64,000 nucleotides of DNA. Source: Candidatus Latescibacterota bacterium (GTDB lineage: Bacteria; Latescibacterota; UBA2968; GCA-2709665). The notes beneath the pieces are model-generated. The model did not search any database, was not told the origin of the DNA, and saw only the letters and a list, made by a program, of their open reading frames with translations. The translations under genes and the position numbers were made by a program. Numbering within the stretch: position 1 is the first letter of the stretch; the number at the start of each line of letters is the position of its first letter. Of this stretch, positions 17,074-28,202 are shown one piece after another. The DNA lies in assembly GCA_965116875.1 (NCBI GenBank), contig OZ220733.1, forward strand, positions 672,001 to 736,000. The letters run 5' to 3'.

Positions 17074-18804
17074 ATGAACGAAGCCGACGCCAGCGCCGCT
17101 GACGCGCACGAAAACGCTCCGTCCGATTTTATCCGCGACGCGATTCGGGAGGACCTCGCCGCCGGCCGGTACGAGGGCGTGATGACGCGCTTTCCTCCAG
17201 AGCCGAACGGGCATCTGCACATCGGCCACGCCAAGGCGATCTGTCTCAATTTTTGGGTTGCCGAGGAATTCGGCGGCGTCTGCAATCTCCGCTTTGACGA
17301 CACTGACCCCACCAAGGAAGAGGCCAGCTATGTCGACGGTATCCAGCGGGACATCCGATGGCTGGGGTTTGACTGGGAGGACCGCCTCTATTTTGCCTCC
17401 GACTATTTCGAGCAACTCTACGAATTCGCGGTCAAATTGATCAATGAGCGCAAAGCGTACGTGTGCGATTTGAGTACGGTTGAGACCCGGACGTACCGGG
17501 GGTCGGTGACCTCGCCGGGAAGAGAAAGCCCGTATCGAAACCGGTCCATCGACGAGAACCTGGATCTGTTCGCGCGGATGAGAGCCGGTGAATTCCCGGA
17601 TGGTTCGCGAACCCTGAGGGCGAAGATCGATATGGCGTCGCCCAACATGAACATGCGCGATCCAGTGATGTTTCGCATCCTCCGGGCGTCTCATTACCGC
17701 CGGGGAAATGCGTGGTGCATCTATCCAATGTACGATTTTACCCACGGGCAGTCGGACGCCATCGAGGGGGTTTCGCATTCCCTGTGTTCGCAGGAGTTCG
17801 AAGACCACCGCCCCCTCTATGACTGGTATATCCGAGAGCTGGGGATTTTCCCTTCGCGGCAGATCGAATTCCCAAAGCTGTTCGTCACGTATACGGTGGT
17901 GGGAAAACGACACCTGCGGCCGTTGATCGAAAACGGGCTGCTTGCCGGATGGGACGATCCCAGGCTGATCACGCTCTCGGGACTTCGGCGAAGGGGCGTG
18001 CCCCCCGAGGCGATTCGGAATTTCATCCGCCGCGTGGGACTGTCCAAACGAGATACAACTGCGGAGATCGACCTCCTGGAGTTTCATATCCGGGACTACC
18101 TGAATCGGTATACGCCCCGCGTGATGGGCGTGATCGATCCGCTCAAGGTGGTCATCGAGAATTATCCCGACAGTATGGAAGAGACGTTCGAGGCGCAGAT
18201 CAATCCGGAAGACCCGTCCGCAGGGACGCGCGCGGTGCCGTTTTCACGGGAGGTCTACATCGAAAGGGAGGACTTCATGGAGGATCCGCCCCGAAGGTTC
18301 CGTCGCCTCGCGCCGGGGCGGGAGGTCAGGCTCCGCGCAGCCTGTTATATCACCTGCCAGGACGTGATTAAAGACCGGAATGGAGAGATCGTGGAACTGC
18401 GGTGTACGTTCGACCCTGAGAGCCGGGGCGGGTCAACACCGGAGGGCCGAAAGGTCCGGGGTACTATCCACTGGGTGTCTGCCGCGCACGCGGTTGAGGC
18501 GGAGGTGCGCCTGTACGACCGGCTGTTCAACGCCAGGAATCCGATGGAGGTTGCCGAAGGCGGGGACATCAGCGAAACGGTGAACCCGAAATCCCTGGAG
18601 GTGCGGCGGAGCTGTTTTGTGGAGTCCACGGTCAAGGGTGCGGAACCGGGCGCGCAGTTTCAGTTCGAACGGTTGGGATATTTCTGCGTGGACCCGGATT
18701 CGACGGCCGAAAAGCTCGTCTTCAATCGCACGATTACGCTGCGCGATACCTGGGCGCGGATGCAGAAACGAGGGAAACCGAACGATACAAGACGAAGAAG
18801 GTAA
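17074..18804 (+). CDS. glnS: glutamine--tRNA ligase
   Basis: [52 protein letters not shown]. Confidence 0.96.
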   Translation: MNEADASAADAHENAPSDFIRDAIREDLAAGRYEGVMTRFPPEPNGHLHIGHAKAICLNFWVAEEFGGVCNLRFDDTDPTKEEASYVDGIQRDIRWLGFDWEDRLYFASDYFEQLYEFAVKLINERKAYVCDLSTVETRTYRGSVTSPGRESPYRNRSIDENLDLFARMRAGEFPDGSRTLRAKIDMASPNMNMRDPVMFRILRASHYRRGNAWCIYPMYDFTHGQSDAIEGVSHSLCSQEFEDHRPLYDWYIRELGIFPSRQIEFPKLFVTYTVVGKRHLRPLIENGLLAGWDDPRLITLSGLRRRGVPPEAIRNFIRRVGLSKRDTTAEIDLLEFHIRDYLNRYTPRVMGVIDPLKVVIENYPDSMEETFEAQINPEDPSAGTRAVPFSREVYIEREDFMEDPPRRFRRLAPGREVRLRAACYITCQDVIKDRNGEIVELRCTFDPESRGGSTPEGRKVRGTIHWVSAAHAVEAEVRLYDRLFNARNPMEVAEGGDISETVNPKSLEVRRSCFVESTVKGAEPGAQFQFERLGYFCVDPDSTAEKLVFNRTITLRDTWARMQKRGKPNDTRRRR

Positions 18805-18901
18805 CGAAAGACCAGAGCAATAAAAGGCAACCTGACGTGCCCGTTCGGACAATCCTCCGACCGGGCATTCTTGTGTACGGCGTCGACTCAACGTCTTGCG
18901 G

Positions 18902-19552
18902 CTAGTGGGCGAACCTCATGCCGATGGCGATGGTGAACGTTGCGAAATTCACGGCGCCCGGTTCCGAATCGTCGTCGGCTTCGTTGCCGGCGAAATTTAC
19001 GCGCATTTCCGCGAAAGGTCTGGTCAATCCCCGCTCCAGGCGGGCTTCGCCGCCCGCGACCAATTGAAGAGATCCACCAATTTCCCAATCCGAATACTCC
19101 CTGGAGTCATGTTCCCGTAGCCCGTATACGCCAACGCCAGCGCCAAGATAGGGCTTTACAGGGGAGTCTCCGATCGCACGCAAACGCAAAAACACAAATG
19201 CCGCCCTGAATGACCTCGAAAAATCCGTCGCGTTGATTTCGTCCCTGCGAGCAATCGTAGAGAGTAACTGGCCCGAGATCCCGCGTTTGGAAAACATGAC
19301 GGTTCCGATTCCCATGTCAACCGGCTCGATGCGCAGGAAAAGGTCGCCGCCAACAACCGGTCCTGCCTGCTTGCCGTTGAAGGTCATTTGCGCATACGGC
19401 CGTTCCCCTTCGCTGCCGCTACAGTGTCCGGAGAATATACGACTGTCGCCAGGAATGGAATAGCCGCCGATAACACTCACGCCCAACTCCTGCGCGTTTG
19501 ACGTACCGGCCGCCAGAAGGAAAATGACCGTGAAACCGATAGCACGCCGCAT
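18902..19552 (-). CDS. outer-membrane beta-barrel protein
   Basis: Signal peptide, VKPYLGAGVG, alternating strands, terminal IGMRF. Confidence 0.75.
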   Translation of the reverse strand: MRRAIGFTVIFLLAAGTSNAQELGVSVIGGYSIPGDSRIFSGHCSGSEGERPYAQMTFNGKQAGPVVGGDLFLRIEPVDMGIGTVMFSKRGISGQLLSTIARRDEINATDFSRSFRAAFVFLRLRAIGDSPVKPYLGAGVGVYGLREHDSREYSDWEIGGSLQLVAGGEARLERGLTRPFAEMRVNFAGNEADDDSEPGAVNFATFTIAIGMRFAH

Positions 19553-19905
19553 ACGGTCCCTCCGCACGAAGAATTTCACACGGAGGTATCGATATTAAGA
19601 AGCGTGCCAGGATTATCCAGGGACGGATTTTTCTGTAGCCACCTTGCGAGAGTTCGAACTTATATTTAATAATATCAATTAGTTGATTATAATTTCATCG
19701 AGTGACTCAGTGTGGATCAACCGAGTCTGGGACTCAAGGTCCGTCATCCGTATTCCGGGACAACGTGGACGCGATGCACACCTGTGGCGAGCCATCGACA
19801 GTCGCTGCTGTGGAATTATGGATTGGAAATCCCGCGCGGGTCGCTTATTGTAATAAGGCAGACGCGGCGGGGCCGGTTCGGCGTCACCGGATTCGAGGAG
19901 AATCC

Positions 19906-20367
19906 ATGTCGGATAAACGCCTCAAACTGAAAGTCATGTGCTCGCGATTGCCGGGACTCCGTTTCGAAGACCCCTACAAACACGAACCCAGGGTCAAGGA
20001 GCCGGTGTATCTGGGAATCCAGCGCGGAACAGAGGTCATCGAACAGGTCCCGGCCGACCGGCATCGGGTGGAGTTCAATCCGGAATTCAGGATCGGGAAA
20101 CAACCGGACGGGTCTCCGAATTTTCTGGGTCCGTTCGCGCAGGGAAGGCCGCGGGACCGTTTCTTCTATCTCTCCTGGGGGGTGAAGCGGTCCGATCGGT
20201 TCGATATGTTTCGGCGGCTGAAGATCCGCCTCACGCACCTGGAGTGGCCGGAGATCGAACGGGCGATCGAGTCGGACGAGCCCATCGTCGTGAGGCTGAA
20301 GTTGACCGACGACCATGGCGGCCCCGCCTGCGGTACGCCGGACCAATCGCGGATTGCGTGGGGATGA
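19906..20367 (+). CDS. DUF5990-like hypothetical protein
   Basis: GAGGAG RBS; LGPFAQG...RFFYLSWG...MFRRLKI...LTDDHGGPAC. Confidence 0.7.
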   Translation: MSDKRLKLKVMCSRLPGLRFEDPYKHEPRVKEPVYLGIQRGTEVIEQVPADRHRVEFNPEFRIGKQPDGSPNFLGPFAQGRPRDRFFYLSWGVKRSDRFDMFRRLKIRLTHLEWPEIERAIESDEPIVVRLKLTDDHGGPACGTPDQSRIAWG

Positions 20368-20391
20368 TGACAAACCTCGGAAGGGAATAAG

Positions 20392-21057
20392 ATGCCCATT
20401 GAACCCAAAGCATTGAAATTCCTGGCGACGGAAGAAAAGGGCGAGGTATCGGCGTTGATCGCGAGGCCGGACGGGGCGGAGGCGCTGCTCGTCCTGGGCC
20501 ACGGCGCGGGAACGAATATGCGTCACGCGTTCATGCAGGACCTGAGCGACGCGTTGAACGACGTGGGCATCGCCACGTTCCGTTTCAACTATCCCTACTC
20601 CGAACGGGGCGGGGGCATGGACGGAGAGAAGGTGCGACTGGCCACCGTGCGTGCCGCCGTCGCGACCGCTTTGGATCACGCGAACGGCCTGCCTGTCTTC
20701 GCGGGCGGACATTCCATGAGCGGACGCATGGTCTCCATGGCCTGTGCGCAGGAACCGATGGATGGATTGAGAGGCATCGTGTTTTTCGCTTTTCCCCTTC
20801 ACGCGGGAAAACCGAATACGGAACGCGCCGTCCATTTGCAGGACGTACCGGTACCGATGCTGTTTCTGTCGGGACAGCGGGACAAGATGGCGGACATGAA
20901 ACTGCTCGAGCCCGCCATTCGCGGGCTGAACCATGCGACGCTCCACGTTGTGGATACCGCGGATCACGGCTTCAAAGTGCTGAAACGGAGGAATACCGAC
21001 GAACCCGTTCTGCATGAACTGGCCAGGGTGGCCGGTGATTGGATGCAAGGCGACTGA
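20392..21057 (+). CDS. alpha/beta hydrolase (KANL3/Tex30-like)
   Basis: GHGAG, RFNYPY, GGHSMSGR, FPLH, ADHGF. Confidence 0.88.
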   Translation: MPIEPKALKFLATEEKGEVSALIARPDGAEALLVLGHGAGTNMRHAFMQDLSDALNDVGIATFRFNYPYSERGGGMDGEKVRLATVRAAVATALDHANGLPVFAGGHSMSGRMVSMACAQEPMDGLRGIVFFAFPLHAGKPNTERAVHLQDVPVPMLFLSGQRDKMADMKLLEPAIRGLNHATLHVVDTADHGFKVLKRRNTDEPVLHELARVAGDWMQGD

Positions 21058-21091
21058 AGGATTGTTCTCAGCTTGTTTGGGGGAAGACGAT

Positions 21092-21550
21092 ATGATTGAA
21101 AAAATCTACGAACCCGATTTAGACGAAAAGCTGCATCGATCACCCCGCGGGAGTTTCTGCGTGTCGCGAAAGGACATTTCGGGCGCCCTGGGAACCGAAG
21201 GGCAACCGTTCGAAGTCGACTGGGTGCGGATTCCTGCCGGCATGACCAACTTCCCGTATCACGCGCACCAGGTCCAGTGGGAGTTCTATATCGTCGTCAG
21301 CGGCCGCGGTATCGTCCGGAGGAACGACCGTACGTTCGAGGTGGAGGCCGGCGACGTATTCGTCCAGCCGCCCGGCACGGCGCACCACATTCGCAATCCC
21401 AGCGAGGACGAGGACATGGTCTACTACGTCATTGCCGACAATCCTGTGTGCGATCCCTGCTACTATCCGGATTCGGACAAATGGGCAATCCGCCCGCCGG
21501 GCAAGCTGGGCCGCATGACCGACGCGGATTACTACGACGGAGAGGAGTAG
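21092..21550 (+). CDS. cupin domain protein
   Basis: PYHAHQVQWEFYIVVSG, PPGTAHHIRN, YYPDSDK. Confidence 0.88.
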   Translation: MIEKIYEPDLDEKLHRSPRGSFCVSRKDISGALGTEGQPFEVDWVRIPAGMTNFPYHAHQVQWEFYIVVSGRGIVRRNDRTFEVEAGDVFVQPPGTAHHIRNPSEDEDMVYYVIADNPVCDPCYYPDSDKWAIRPPGKLGRMTDADYYDGEE

Positions 21551-21642
21551 ACGCGGCCAGACGGACATCGGTTCGCGCTTCCTAAAAAATGCCCCGGAGA
21601 GTTGTTTCCCCGGGGCTTCGTTTTGTCAGAATCGCGCACGGC

Positions 21643-22629
21643 TCAAGGAATGGAAGCAACCAGGTATTCAGCGGCGGAACCGTCGCGACGGACGACCGAA
21701 AAGTCTCGACCGGCGGGGACCAGAAGGGTATCGCCGTTCCCCGCGCGGTAGGCGTCGTCGCCGCCCTGGACCTCGGCGCTGCCCTGAATAAACGTGACCG
21801 TTGACACCGAAGTGCGAGGTGGATGATCGATTCTGTTTCCGGATGGGTGAAAGCGTTCCAGCCGGAAATGTTCGGACTCGACCAGGAGGGCGTGGCCTGG
21901 GTTTGTCGAGGGCAGCGTGGACGAGGCGACGGATTGCGGGTTCGGACCTTCGAAATCGATGACCGCCAGGGCGTCGTCGACGTGTAAATCCCTGGGTTTC
22001 CCGTCGGCGCCGGGGCGGTTGTAGTCGAAAATGCGGAAGGTAATGTCGCTGGACTGCTGGACCTCGTACACCATGACCCCGGCGCAGAGGGCGTGGACCG
22101 TCCCGGGCGGGATGAAGACAACGTCGCCGGGGCGGGCATCGAAGAATTCGACCGCATCCGAGACGCGATTGTCGTCAATGGCATCCACGAATTCGGACCT
22201 GTCAACGCCGGGTTTCAGACCGCACGCGATGCGGCCGTTTTCAGATCGAAGCACGTACCAGGCTTCCATTTTCCCAAATCTTCCCAAACGCTTCATCCGG
22301 GCGTATGCGTCGTCCGGGTGTACCTGAATGGAAAGGTCCTGCTGCGCATCGAGCAGTTTGACGAGCAGAGGGAATTCGCCGCGGTAACGGTCGAAGACCG
22401 CCTCACCGAGCATCTCGTGTCCTTGTGATTCAACCAGGGACCGAAGGGATCTGCCGTACAATGGCCCGGCGGCAACGATGCTCTCCATGCCCGGGTACGC
22501 GGAGACTTCCCAGGATTCGCCGTAGAGTCCTCCGGGCGGCAGGGCCTTGTCGTACTCTTCCTGCAGCCTTCGGCCGCCCCAGATCATCTCTCGGAAATGG
22601 GGCTCAAGAGGGAGCACGTTGGGGAGCAT
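21643..22629 (-). CDS. manA: mannose-6-phosphate isomerase, class I
   Basis: IWGG, GESWE, FPLLVKLLDA, LSIQVHP, K.EAWY, GTVHAL, EVQQSSD.TFR.FDY.R. Confidence 0.9.
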   Translation of the reverse strand: MLPNVLPLEPHFREMIWGGRRLQEEYDKALPPGGLYGESWEVSAYPGMESIVAAGPLYGRSLRSLVESQGHEMLGEAVFDRYRGEFPLLVKLLDAQQDLSIQVHPDDAYARMKRLGRFGKMEAWYVLRSENGRIACGLKPGVDRSEFVDAIDDNRVSDAVEFFDARPGDVVFIPPGTVHALCAGVMVYEVQQSSDITFRIFDYNRPGADGKPRDLHVDDALAVIDFEGPNPQSVASSTLPSTNPGHALLVESEHFRLERFHPSGNRIDHPPRTSVSTVTFIQGSAEVQGGDDAYRAGNGDTLLVPAGRDFSVVRRDGSAAEYLVASIP

Positions 22630-22751
22630 AGTTGATCCCTGGCAGATGGTCCGGATTGTCCGGAAATGGACGTTTGTTTCAAGATATCCGGTATTCTCCG
22701 CGATGTCAATGGCGTTCGGTTCAATGAACCCTTCCCCCCGCCCCACCACCT

Positions 22752-22950
22752 GGTGAGACGTAAGACGTTAGACGGGAGAGATTGTCTGCCTTGAGAGGAT
22801 TCTTCTCGTGCTGGAGGCCAGGAGGAATAACAAACCGGGCAAGGGCTTCTTCTCCCGTCTACCCTCTACCGTCTTACCGCATTTCTTCTACCGGCTCCCG
22901 TCTGCCTTCTTCCTTCTACCTTTTTCCTTCTTCCTTCTTTCCTACCCGTG
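22752..22950. repeat. heptamer-based dispersed repeat
   Basis: TGAGACG/TAAGACG/TTAGACG units then pyrimidine-rich units; GGCAAGGGCYTCTTCTCCCGTCT recurs inverted at about 39548-39570; related purine tract at 25350-25465. Confidence 0.55.
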
Positions 22951-23107
22951 TTTGTCTCCGAGGATGTCTATTCCGCTTGCGGCGTTTGGGCTCAGGCATT
23001 AGGTTATGTGTTCATTTTCCGCTTTGTCGTTTGGAGAAAACGAAGGGCGTTTGAAAATGTGTCGCAGTTGCCGGGATCGTTGATCAGAGAAGCATGAAGG
23101 GGGCGAC

Positions 23108-23710
23108 ATGTCGAACGACAGGATCGTAGAACTGGAGCGCCGGATCGGTGAACTGATGGCGGAACTCCACGCCCTGCAGAGAGAAAATCCGGCAACGCCG
23201 GTCTCCAATTACACGTTTGATACCACGTCCGGGCAAACGTCGCTGTTGGATCTGTTCGGCGACCGGGAACAGCTGCTGGCCATCCACAACATGGGCCAGG
23301 GCTGCCGTTACTGCACGCTGTGGGCGGACGGCTTCAACGGACTTCTCCCGCATCTGGAGTCCGCCCTTGCCGTGGCGCTGCTTTCCAAAGACCCTCCGGA
23401 AACTCAACGCCGCTTCGCGAATGCCCGCGGGTGGCGGTTTCAGCTGGCCTCCCACGGCGGCGGGGACTACATCCGCGAGCAGTCCGTCATGGAAGGGGAC
23501 GACAACTACCCCGGCGCAGTGGTCTACAAGCGCGACGGAGACACGATTCTCCGCAAGAACGCGTGCGTTTTCGGGCCGGGAGACATCTACTGTTCGATGT
23601 GGACGCTGCTGGGTCTGGCCGGCCTCGGCGAAGAGGACTGGACGCCCCAATTCTCGTACTGGCGGCGTCCCGACAGCCTGGACGACGGCGGCCGGAACGT
23701 GCTCGATTGA
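23108..23710 (+). CDS. DUF899 thioredoxin-like protein
   Basis: SLLDLFGD..LL.IHNMG..CRYCTLWADG; FANARGW. Confidence 0.85.
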   Translation: MSNDRIVELERRIGELMAELHALQRENPATPVSNYTFDTTSGQTSLLDLFGDREQLLAIHNMGQGCRYCTLWADGFNGLLPHLESALAVALLSKDPPETQRRFANARGWRFQLASHGGGDYIREQSVMEGDDNYPGAVVYKRDGDTILRKNACVFGPGDIYCSMWTLLGLAGLGEEDWTPQFSYWRRPDSLDDGGRNVLD

Positions 23711-23860
23711 CAGCCCGCTGGAAAAGTCCATCCGGGCTACGGCCGAGCGACTTTATCAACGGACTGTGAAGCGTTTCAGTACGTCGGGGACACGCCGCGC
23801 CGCGATGTTTCCGTCCTGCCCTCCATTTCGCCGCCCCTTTCGAGTCCATATGAGGTTTCG

Positions 23861-25291
23861 GTGAATCTGATTGTGTTGTGCAGCGACACCTTTCGAGTGG
23901 ACCATCTGAGCTGCTACCGGGACGATTCGCCGGTCCGCACGCCCCACATCGACCGCCTGGCGGCGGAAGGCGTGCGGTTCGATGCCGCGTTCGGCGAAGG
24001 CATACCCACGCTGCCCGCGCGCCGGGTTCTCTATACCGGACGGCCGATTTTTCCGTTCCTTTGGGCGCCTCAGAAATGGGACCGCGTGCAGCTTGCCGGC
24101 TGGCATCCCCTGTTCCACGAAGACGTGACGCTGGCGGAATGGCTTGTCGAACGCGGATACGTCACCGGGCTGATCAGCGATCTGCCGCACCAGTTCAAGC
24201 CGGGCAAGAACTTCCACCGGGGGTTTGTACAGTTCAACTGGGAACGCGGACAGGAGATGGACTACGTTGTGGCCGGGCCCCGGGACGCCGTTCCGGTTGA
24301 GAGCTTCGATCCCACCGGCCGCGGCTCCCCCGTGTTGACGCAGTTTCTGATGAACAGCCGGAACTGGAGAGACGAGACGGACTGGTGCAGCGTGCGGGTG
24401 CTTCGGAAGGGCATCGAATTCCTGAGGGAAAATGCGCGCCAGCAGCCGTTCATGCTCTGGCTGGAGTGCTTCTTCCCGCACGAACCATGGTTTGCCCCTC
24501 CCGAACTGGTGGAACAACATTACGAGGGGGACGACCACGACGGCGTGGAGTGGATATTTCCTCCGGCCAGCACGGAGGGGATGAGCGAAAACCAGGTACA
24601 CCGGGTGCGGGCGCACTATCGGGGTCTTTGCGCGCTGATCGACCGGTGGTTCGGGAGGCTGATGGAAACCGCGGAAAACCGCGGGCTGCTGGAAAACTCG
24701 ATCGTCGTCTTCCTCTCCGACCACGGCACGATGATGGGAGAACAGGGGCAACTCCATAAAGGTCCCAGCCGGCTGCGCTGGCAATGCACGCAGGTGCCTC
24801 TGATCATACGGCACCCGGACGTGGATACCTTTGGCGGCAGCGTCGTGGATGCCTTTGTGCAGCACCAGGACCTGATGCCCACCCTTCTGGGTCTGATGGG
24901 GATCGATGCCCCGGATCGATGCCTGGGCGAAGATCTCCGAAAATCCGTGACGGGAGAGACTGGGGGCGGGCCGGACCACGTGATTACCGCATTCGGCAAC
25001 TACGCCAGCGTACGCGGCAGGAAATGGAACTATCAGACACCATGGGTCAGGTACAACCCCGCGTCGGCGGACGGAAACAGGCAGCCGCTGGCGCCGCCGG
25101 AGCTGTACGATCTGACGTCGGATCCCGATGAACTGGACAACGTCGTGAAAAACCATCCCGACGTCGCAGAGGAATATCACGACCTGCTCATGGCGTATAT
25201 CCGTAAAAACAAACCGGTGACGGGGGGCTCACTGGAAATTGGCGAGGCGGCCCTGTCGCACGTGCCGCTCTTCGATCAGTCGCGGCTGTAG
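23861..25291 (+). CDS. sulfatase-like hydrolase (Thr at the nucleophile position)
   Basis: NLIVLCSDTFRVDH, TPHIDRLA, PTLPARR, FPHEP, SDHG, ELYDL..DP.E..N. Confidence 0.9.
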   Translation: MNLIVLCSDTFRVDHLSCYRDDSPVRTPHIDRLAAEGVRFDAAFGEGIPTLPARRVLYTGRPIFPFLWAPQKWDRVQLAGWHPLFHEDVTLAEWLVERGYVTGLISDLPHQFKPGKNFHRGFVQFNWERGQEMDYVVAGPRDAVPVESFDPTGRGSPVLTQFLMNSRNWRDETDWCSVRVLRKGIEFLRENARQQPFMLWLECFFPHEPWFAPPELVEQHYEGDDHDGVEWIFPPASTEGMSENQVHRVRAHYRGLCALIDRWFGRLMETAENRGLLENSIVVFLSDHGTMMGEQGQLHKGPSRLRWQCTQVPLIIRHPDVDTFGGSVVDAFVQHQDLMPTLLGLMGIDAPDRCLGEDLRKSVTGETGGGPDHVITAFGNYASVRGRKWNYQTPWVRYNPASADGNRQPLAPPELYDLTSDPDELDNVVKNHPDVAEEYHDLLMAYIRKNKPVTGGSLEIGEAALSHVPLFDQSRL

Positions 25292-25567
25292 GCCAAACCT
25301 CAATTCGAAAAAAAACGACAGTCAAGTTGACCATAGAAAGCCCGAATGCGGGGAGACGGGAAGCAAGAAAAAGGAAGAAGGAAGAAGGAAAAAGGAGGAA
25401 GGATAAAAGAAGAAGGATGAAGGAAAAGAGGCGGGGAAACGGTCGAGGTGAGAAAATCGGGTAGACAGGGTAATCCGCCGTTGAATCGCCTTTATTCACT
25501 CGCACATATTCGAATTAACGTCCACGAAAACCTGCGAATCAAGGTTAACACGCCAAGGAGGTTTCAG

Positions 25568-26662
25568 ATGGCCGATAAACTGGGGGTTCTGGTACATGGC
25601 GCGGGCTGGGTGTCCACGCAGCACATCATGGCCTTCACCAACAACCCGCATACCGAAGTGGTGGCCGTATCCAGCCGGAAACTGTCAAGCGCGCGGACGC
25701 GTGCCGAAGAGGCCGGTCTGGAGGGCATCGGGCTTTATGACAATTATGAACAGGCCCTGGCGCACGATGGCGTTGACATTGTATGCGTCTGCACGCCGCA
25801 GCGCTTTCACGCGGAGAACACCATCGCCGCGGCGGAGGCCGGCAAACACGTCGTCATCGAGAAGCCCATCGCCAACAGCCTGGACGAGATCCGGGCCATG
25901 CGCGAGGCCGTACACAATGCCGGCGTGCGGACGGTGGTGAGCTTCGTGCTGAGGTGGAATCCGCTGTTCGAGACCATCAAGTCCATGGTTGCCGACGACG
26001 CCCTGGGGGACGTCTTCTACGTGGAGGCCGACTACCAGCACGATATCGCAAGCTGGTGGACGGGGTGGGACGAAGCCAGGAAGACGAGTACGGGCGTAAG
26101 CGCGTTCCTCACCGGCGGGTGCCACGCCATCGATTCATTGCGCTGGTTCGCCGCGCAGGGCGAGTTCGAAGCGGCCCGACCCGTGGAGGTATTCGCCTAC
26201 TCGGGCGGTTACCGGAAGGGACTCAAGAAAGAGTTCGACTACCTGGCCAACAAGTGGGTGGACGGCCTGCCCCTGGAGTACGACGACCTGGAGGTCGCCC
26301 TGGTGAAGTTCTCCAATGGGGCCGTCGGAAAAGTCTCCGTGAACTACGGATGCATCATGCCGTACACGTTCCCGGTGGAGATCTTCGGCAACAAGGGGAC
26401 CGTAAAGGACAACAAGGTCTGGTCGCACAAGTATCCGGGACAGAACAGTTGGGTGGAGATTCCGGCTATCCTGCCGGACAGCGCGGACGTGACCCACCAC
26501 CCGTTCCAGGGGCAGATGGACCATTTCGTGGAATGTATTCAGACAGACACGGAATCGCACTGCAACCTGGACGACGCGATTGTAACGCATGAAATCGCGT
26601 TTGCGGCATTGCAGTGTTACGAAACCGGACAACCTGTGCAGCTCCCGCTGATACAGGACTGA
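25568..26662 (+). CDS. Gfo/Idh/MocA oxidoreductase
   Basis: GAGWV, CTP..H, GKHVVIEKP, GCHAID. Confidence 0.92.
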   Translation: MADKLGVLVHGAGWVSTQHIMAFTNNPHTEVVAVSSRKLSSARTRAEEAGLEGIGLYDNYEQALAHDGVDIVCVCTPQRFHAENTIAAAEAGKHVVIEKPIANSLDEIRAMREAVHNAGVRTVVSFVLRWNPLFETIKSMVADDALGDVFYVEADYQHDIASWWTGWDEARKTSTGVSAFLTGGCHAIDSLRWFAAQGEFEAARPVEVFAYSGGYRKGLKKEFDYLANKWVDGLPLEYDDLEVALVKFSNGAVGKVSVNYGCIMPYTFPVEIFGNKGTVKDNKVWSHKYPGQNSWVEIPAILPDSADVTHHPFQGQMDHFVECIQTDTESHCNLDDAIVTHEIAFAALQCYETGQPVQLPLIQD

Positions 26663-26742
26663 TTCCGGAACGGGGGACGGGGTCCGGTGACGTCCCGCCC
26701 CGTATCGCCGCCTGTTCGACGGACGGAAAGGGTCCACAGACC

Positions 26743-28158
26743 ATGGGAAGACGAAATCTGTTGTTTTTCGGGGTGGACAGCCTCTGGGCCGACCACATGA
26801 GCTGCTACGGATATGAACGGCTGACGACGCCCTACGCGGACCGGCTTGCGTCGCAGGGGGTGTTGTTCGAAAAAAACTTCAGCCCGCACATACCAACGAC
26901 GTCTGCCTATGCGTCGATGCTCACCGGCATGGACTGTTTTTCCACGCAGGTCGTGGCGCTGCGCCATCAGGGTGGATTGCGGCCTGAGGTAACCAGCCTT
27001 CCAGAGATTCTGCGCGACGCCGGATACGATACGACATGCGTCGGGTTCACGGGCAATCCCGGTTCCCGGGGGTTCGACAGGTACCTCAACTACGAGGCAT
27101 GGGGGTCGTGGGAGCAGCGGCCCCTTCGCAAGGCCGAGTGGCTGAACGACGTCACGATTCCTGAATTGGAACGGCTCGCGTCGGCCGACCGGCCCTTCTT
27201 CCTGTTTCTGCGGCATATGGACCCTCACGCGCCCTACCTGCCACCCCCGCCGTTCGATACGATGTTCTACAGCGGCGACCCGTGCGATCCCGCCAGGACG
27301 TCAATGGAGCCCGTTCGGAATTTCAAGCCCTTTCGGGACTTTCATCTCAGCTGGATGCCGCCCGGCATTACGGACGCGGACTACGTGATCGCCCAGTACG
27401 ACGGCGAAGTCGCGTATATGGATGCCTGCATACAGAGGATCCTCACCCGCCTGGACGAACTGGGCCTGGCCGAAGAGACGCTTGTCGTATACAACGGAGA
27501 CCACGGGGAGACCCTTGCCGATCACGACTGTTACTTCGATCATCACGGGATGTACGACTGCACCCTGCACGTGCCGCTGATTCTGCGTCTACCGGGTGTG
27601 TTGCCCGAAGGGCTGCACGTGAACGGCTATACGAGCCATCCGGATCTCGCGCCGACACTTCTGGAGCTTCTGGATGTGCGCACGAGCATTGAGTTCAACG
27701 GGGACAGCCAGTTGCCGCTTATCCGTGGACAGCGGGCGTCGAACCGGTCTGAATTCTATATCACGGAGGCCACCTGGATGCGAAAGCACGGGTGGCGCAC
27801 GCCCGAGTGGAAGCTGATTGTGGCGCTTGAGCCCGATTTTCACGGGAAGCCCGAGGTGGAGCTGTACAACCTGGTGGCAGACCCGGGCGAGAACGTGAAT
27901 CTTGCGGAAGAGGAGCCCGGTGTGGTGCGGATGCTCCGAAACCGCATGGACGGGTGGATTGCGAAGCGCGAGGCGGAAACAGGACTGACCAATCCGATGT
28001 TCACCAATCTGCAGTGGCACGGCACCTCGCACGAAGGCCCCTTTCCGAGTTCGAAAGCGGCCTATGACTCACTCTATATCGGGTCCCCGAAGACGGCCCG
28101 GAAACTGCAGGCGCGGGACGTCGGCGAAGACGAAGAAACAGCCGGCGGCGAGTCGTAA
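26743..28158 (+). CDS. sulfatase-like hydrolase (PTTSAY variant)
   Basis: VDSLWADH, TTPYADRLA, IPTTSAYASMLTG, DPHAPY, YDGEV, GDHGE, HVPLI. Confidence 0.9.
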   Translation: MGRRNLLFFGVDSLWADHMSCYGYERLTTPYADRLASQGVLFEKNFSPHIPTTSAYASMLTGMDCFSTQVVALRHQGGLRPEVTSLPEILRDAGYDTTCVGFTGNPGSRGFDRYLNYEAWGSWEQRPLRKAEWLNDVTIPELERLASADRPFFLFLRHMDPHAPYLPPPPFDTMFYSGDPCDPARTSMEPVRNFKPFRDFHLSWMPPGITDADYVIAQYDGEVAYMDACIQRILTRLDELGLAEETLVVYNGDHGETLADHDCYFDHHGMYDCTLHVPLILRLPGVLPEGLHVNGYTSHPDLAPTLLELLDVRTSIEFNGDSQLPLIRGQRASNRSEFYITEATWMRKHGWRTPEWKLIVALEPDFHGKPEVELYNLVADPGENVNLAEEEPGVVRMLRNRMDGWIAKREAETGLTNPMFTNLQWHGTSHEGPFPSSKAAYDSLYIGSPKTARKLQARDVGEDEETAGGES

Positions 28159-28202
28159 GCAACTTTCGTATGGTCTTGCCGCCGTACTCACGATGAAGGA
28201 GA

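Noticed and set aside
19590-19690. sigma54 promoter with IHF site for the beta-barrel gene
   Set aside because: CTGGCACG and a TATCAA-N4-TTG match are present, but the -12 position reads TTAA rather than TTGC; too weak to call
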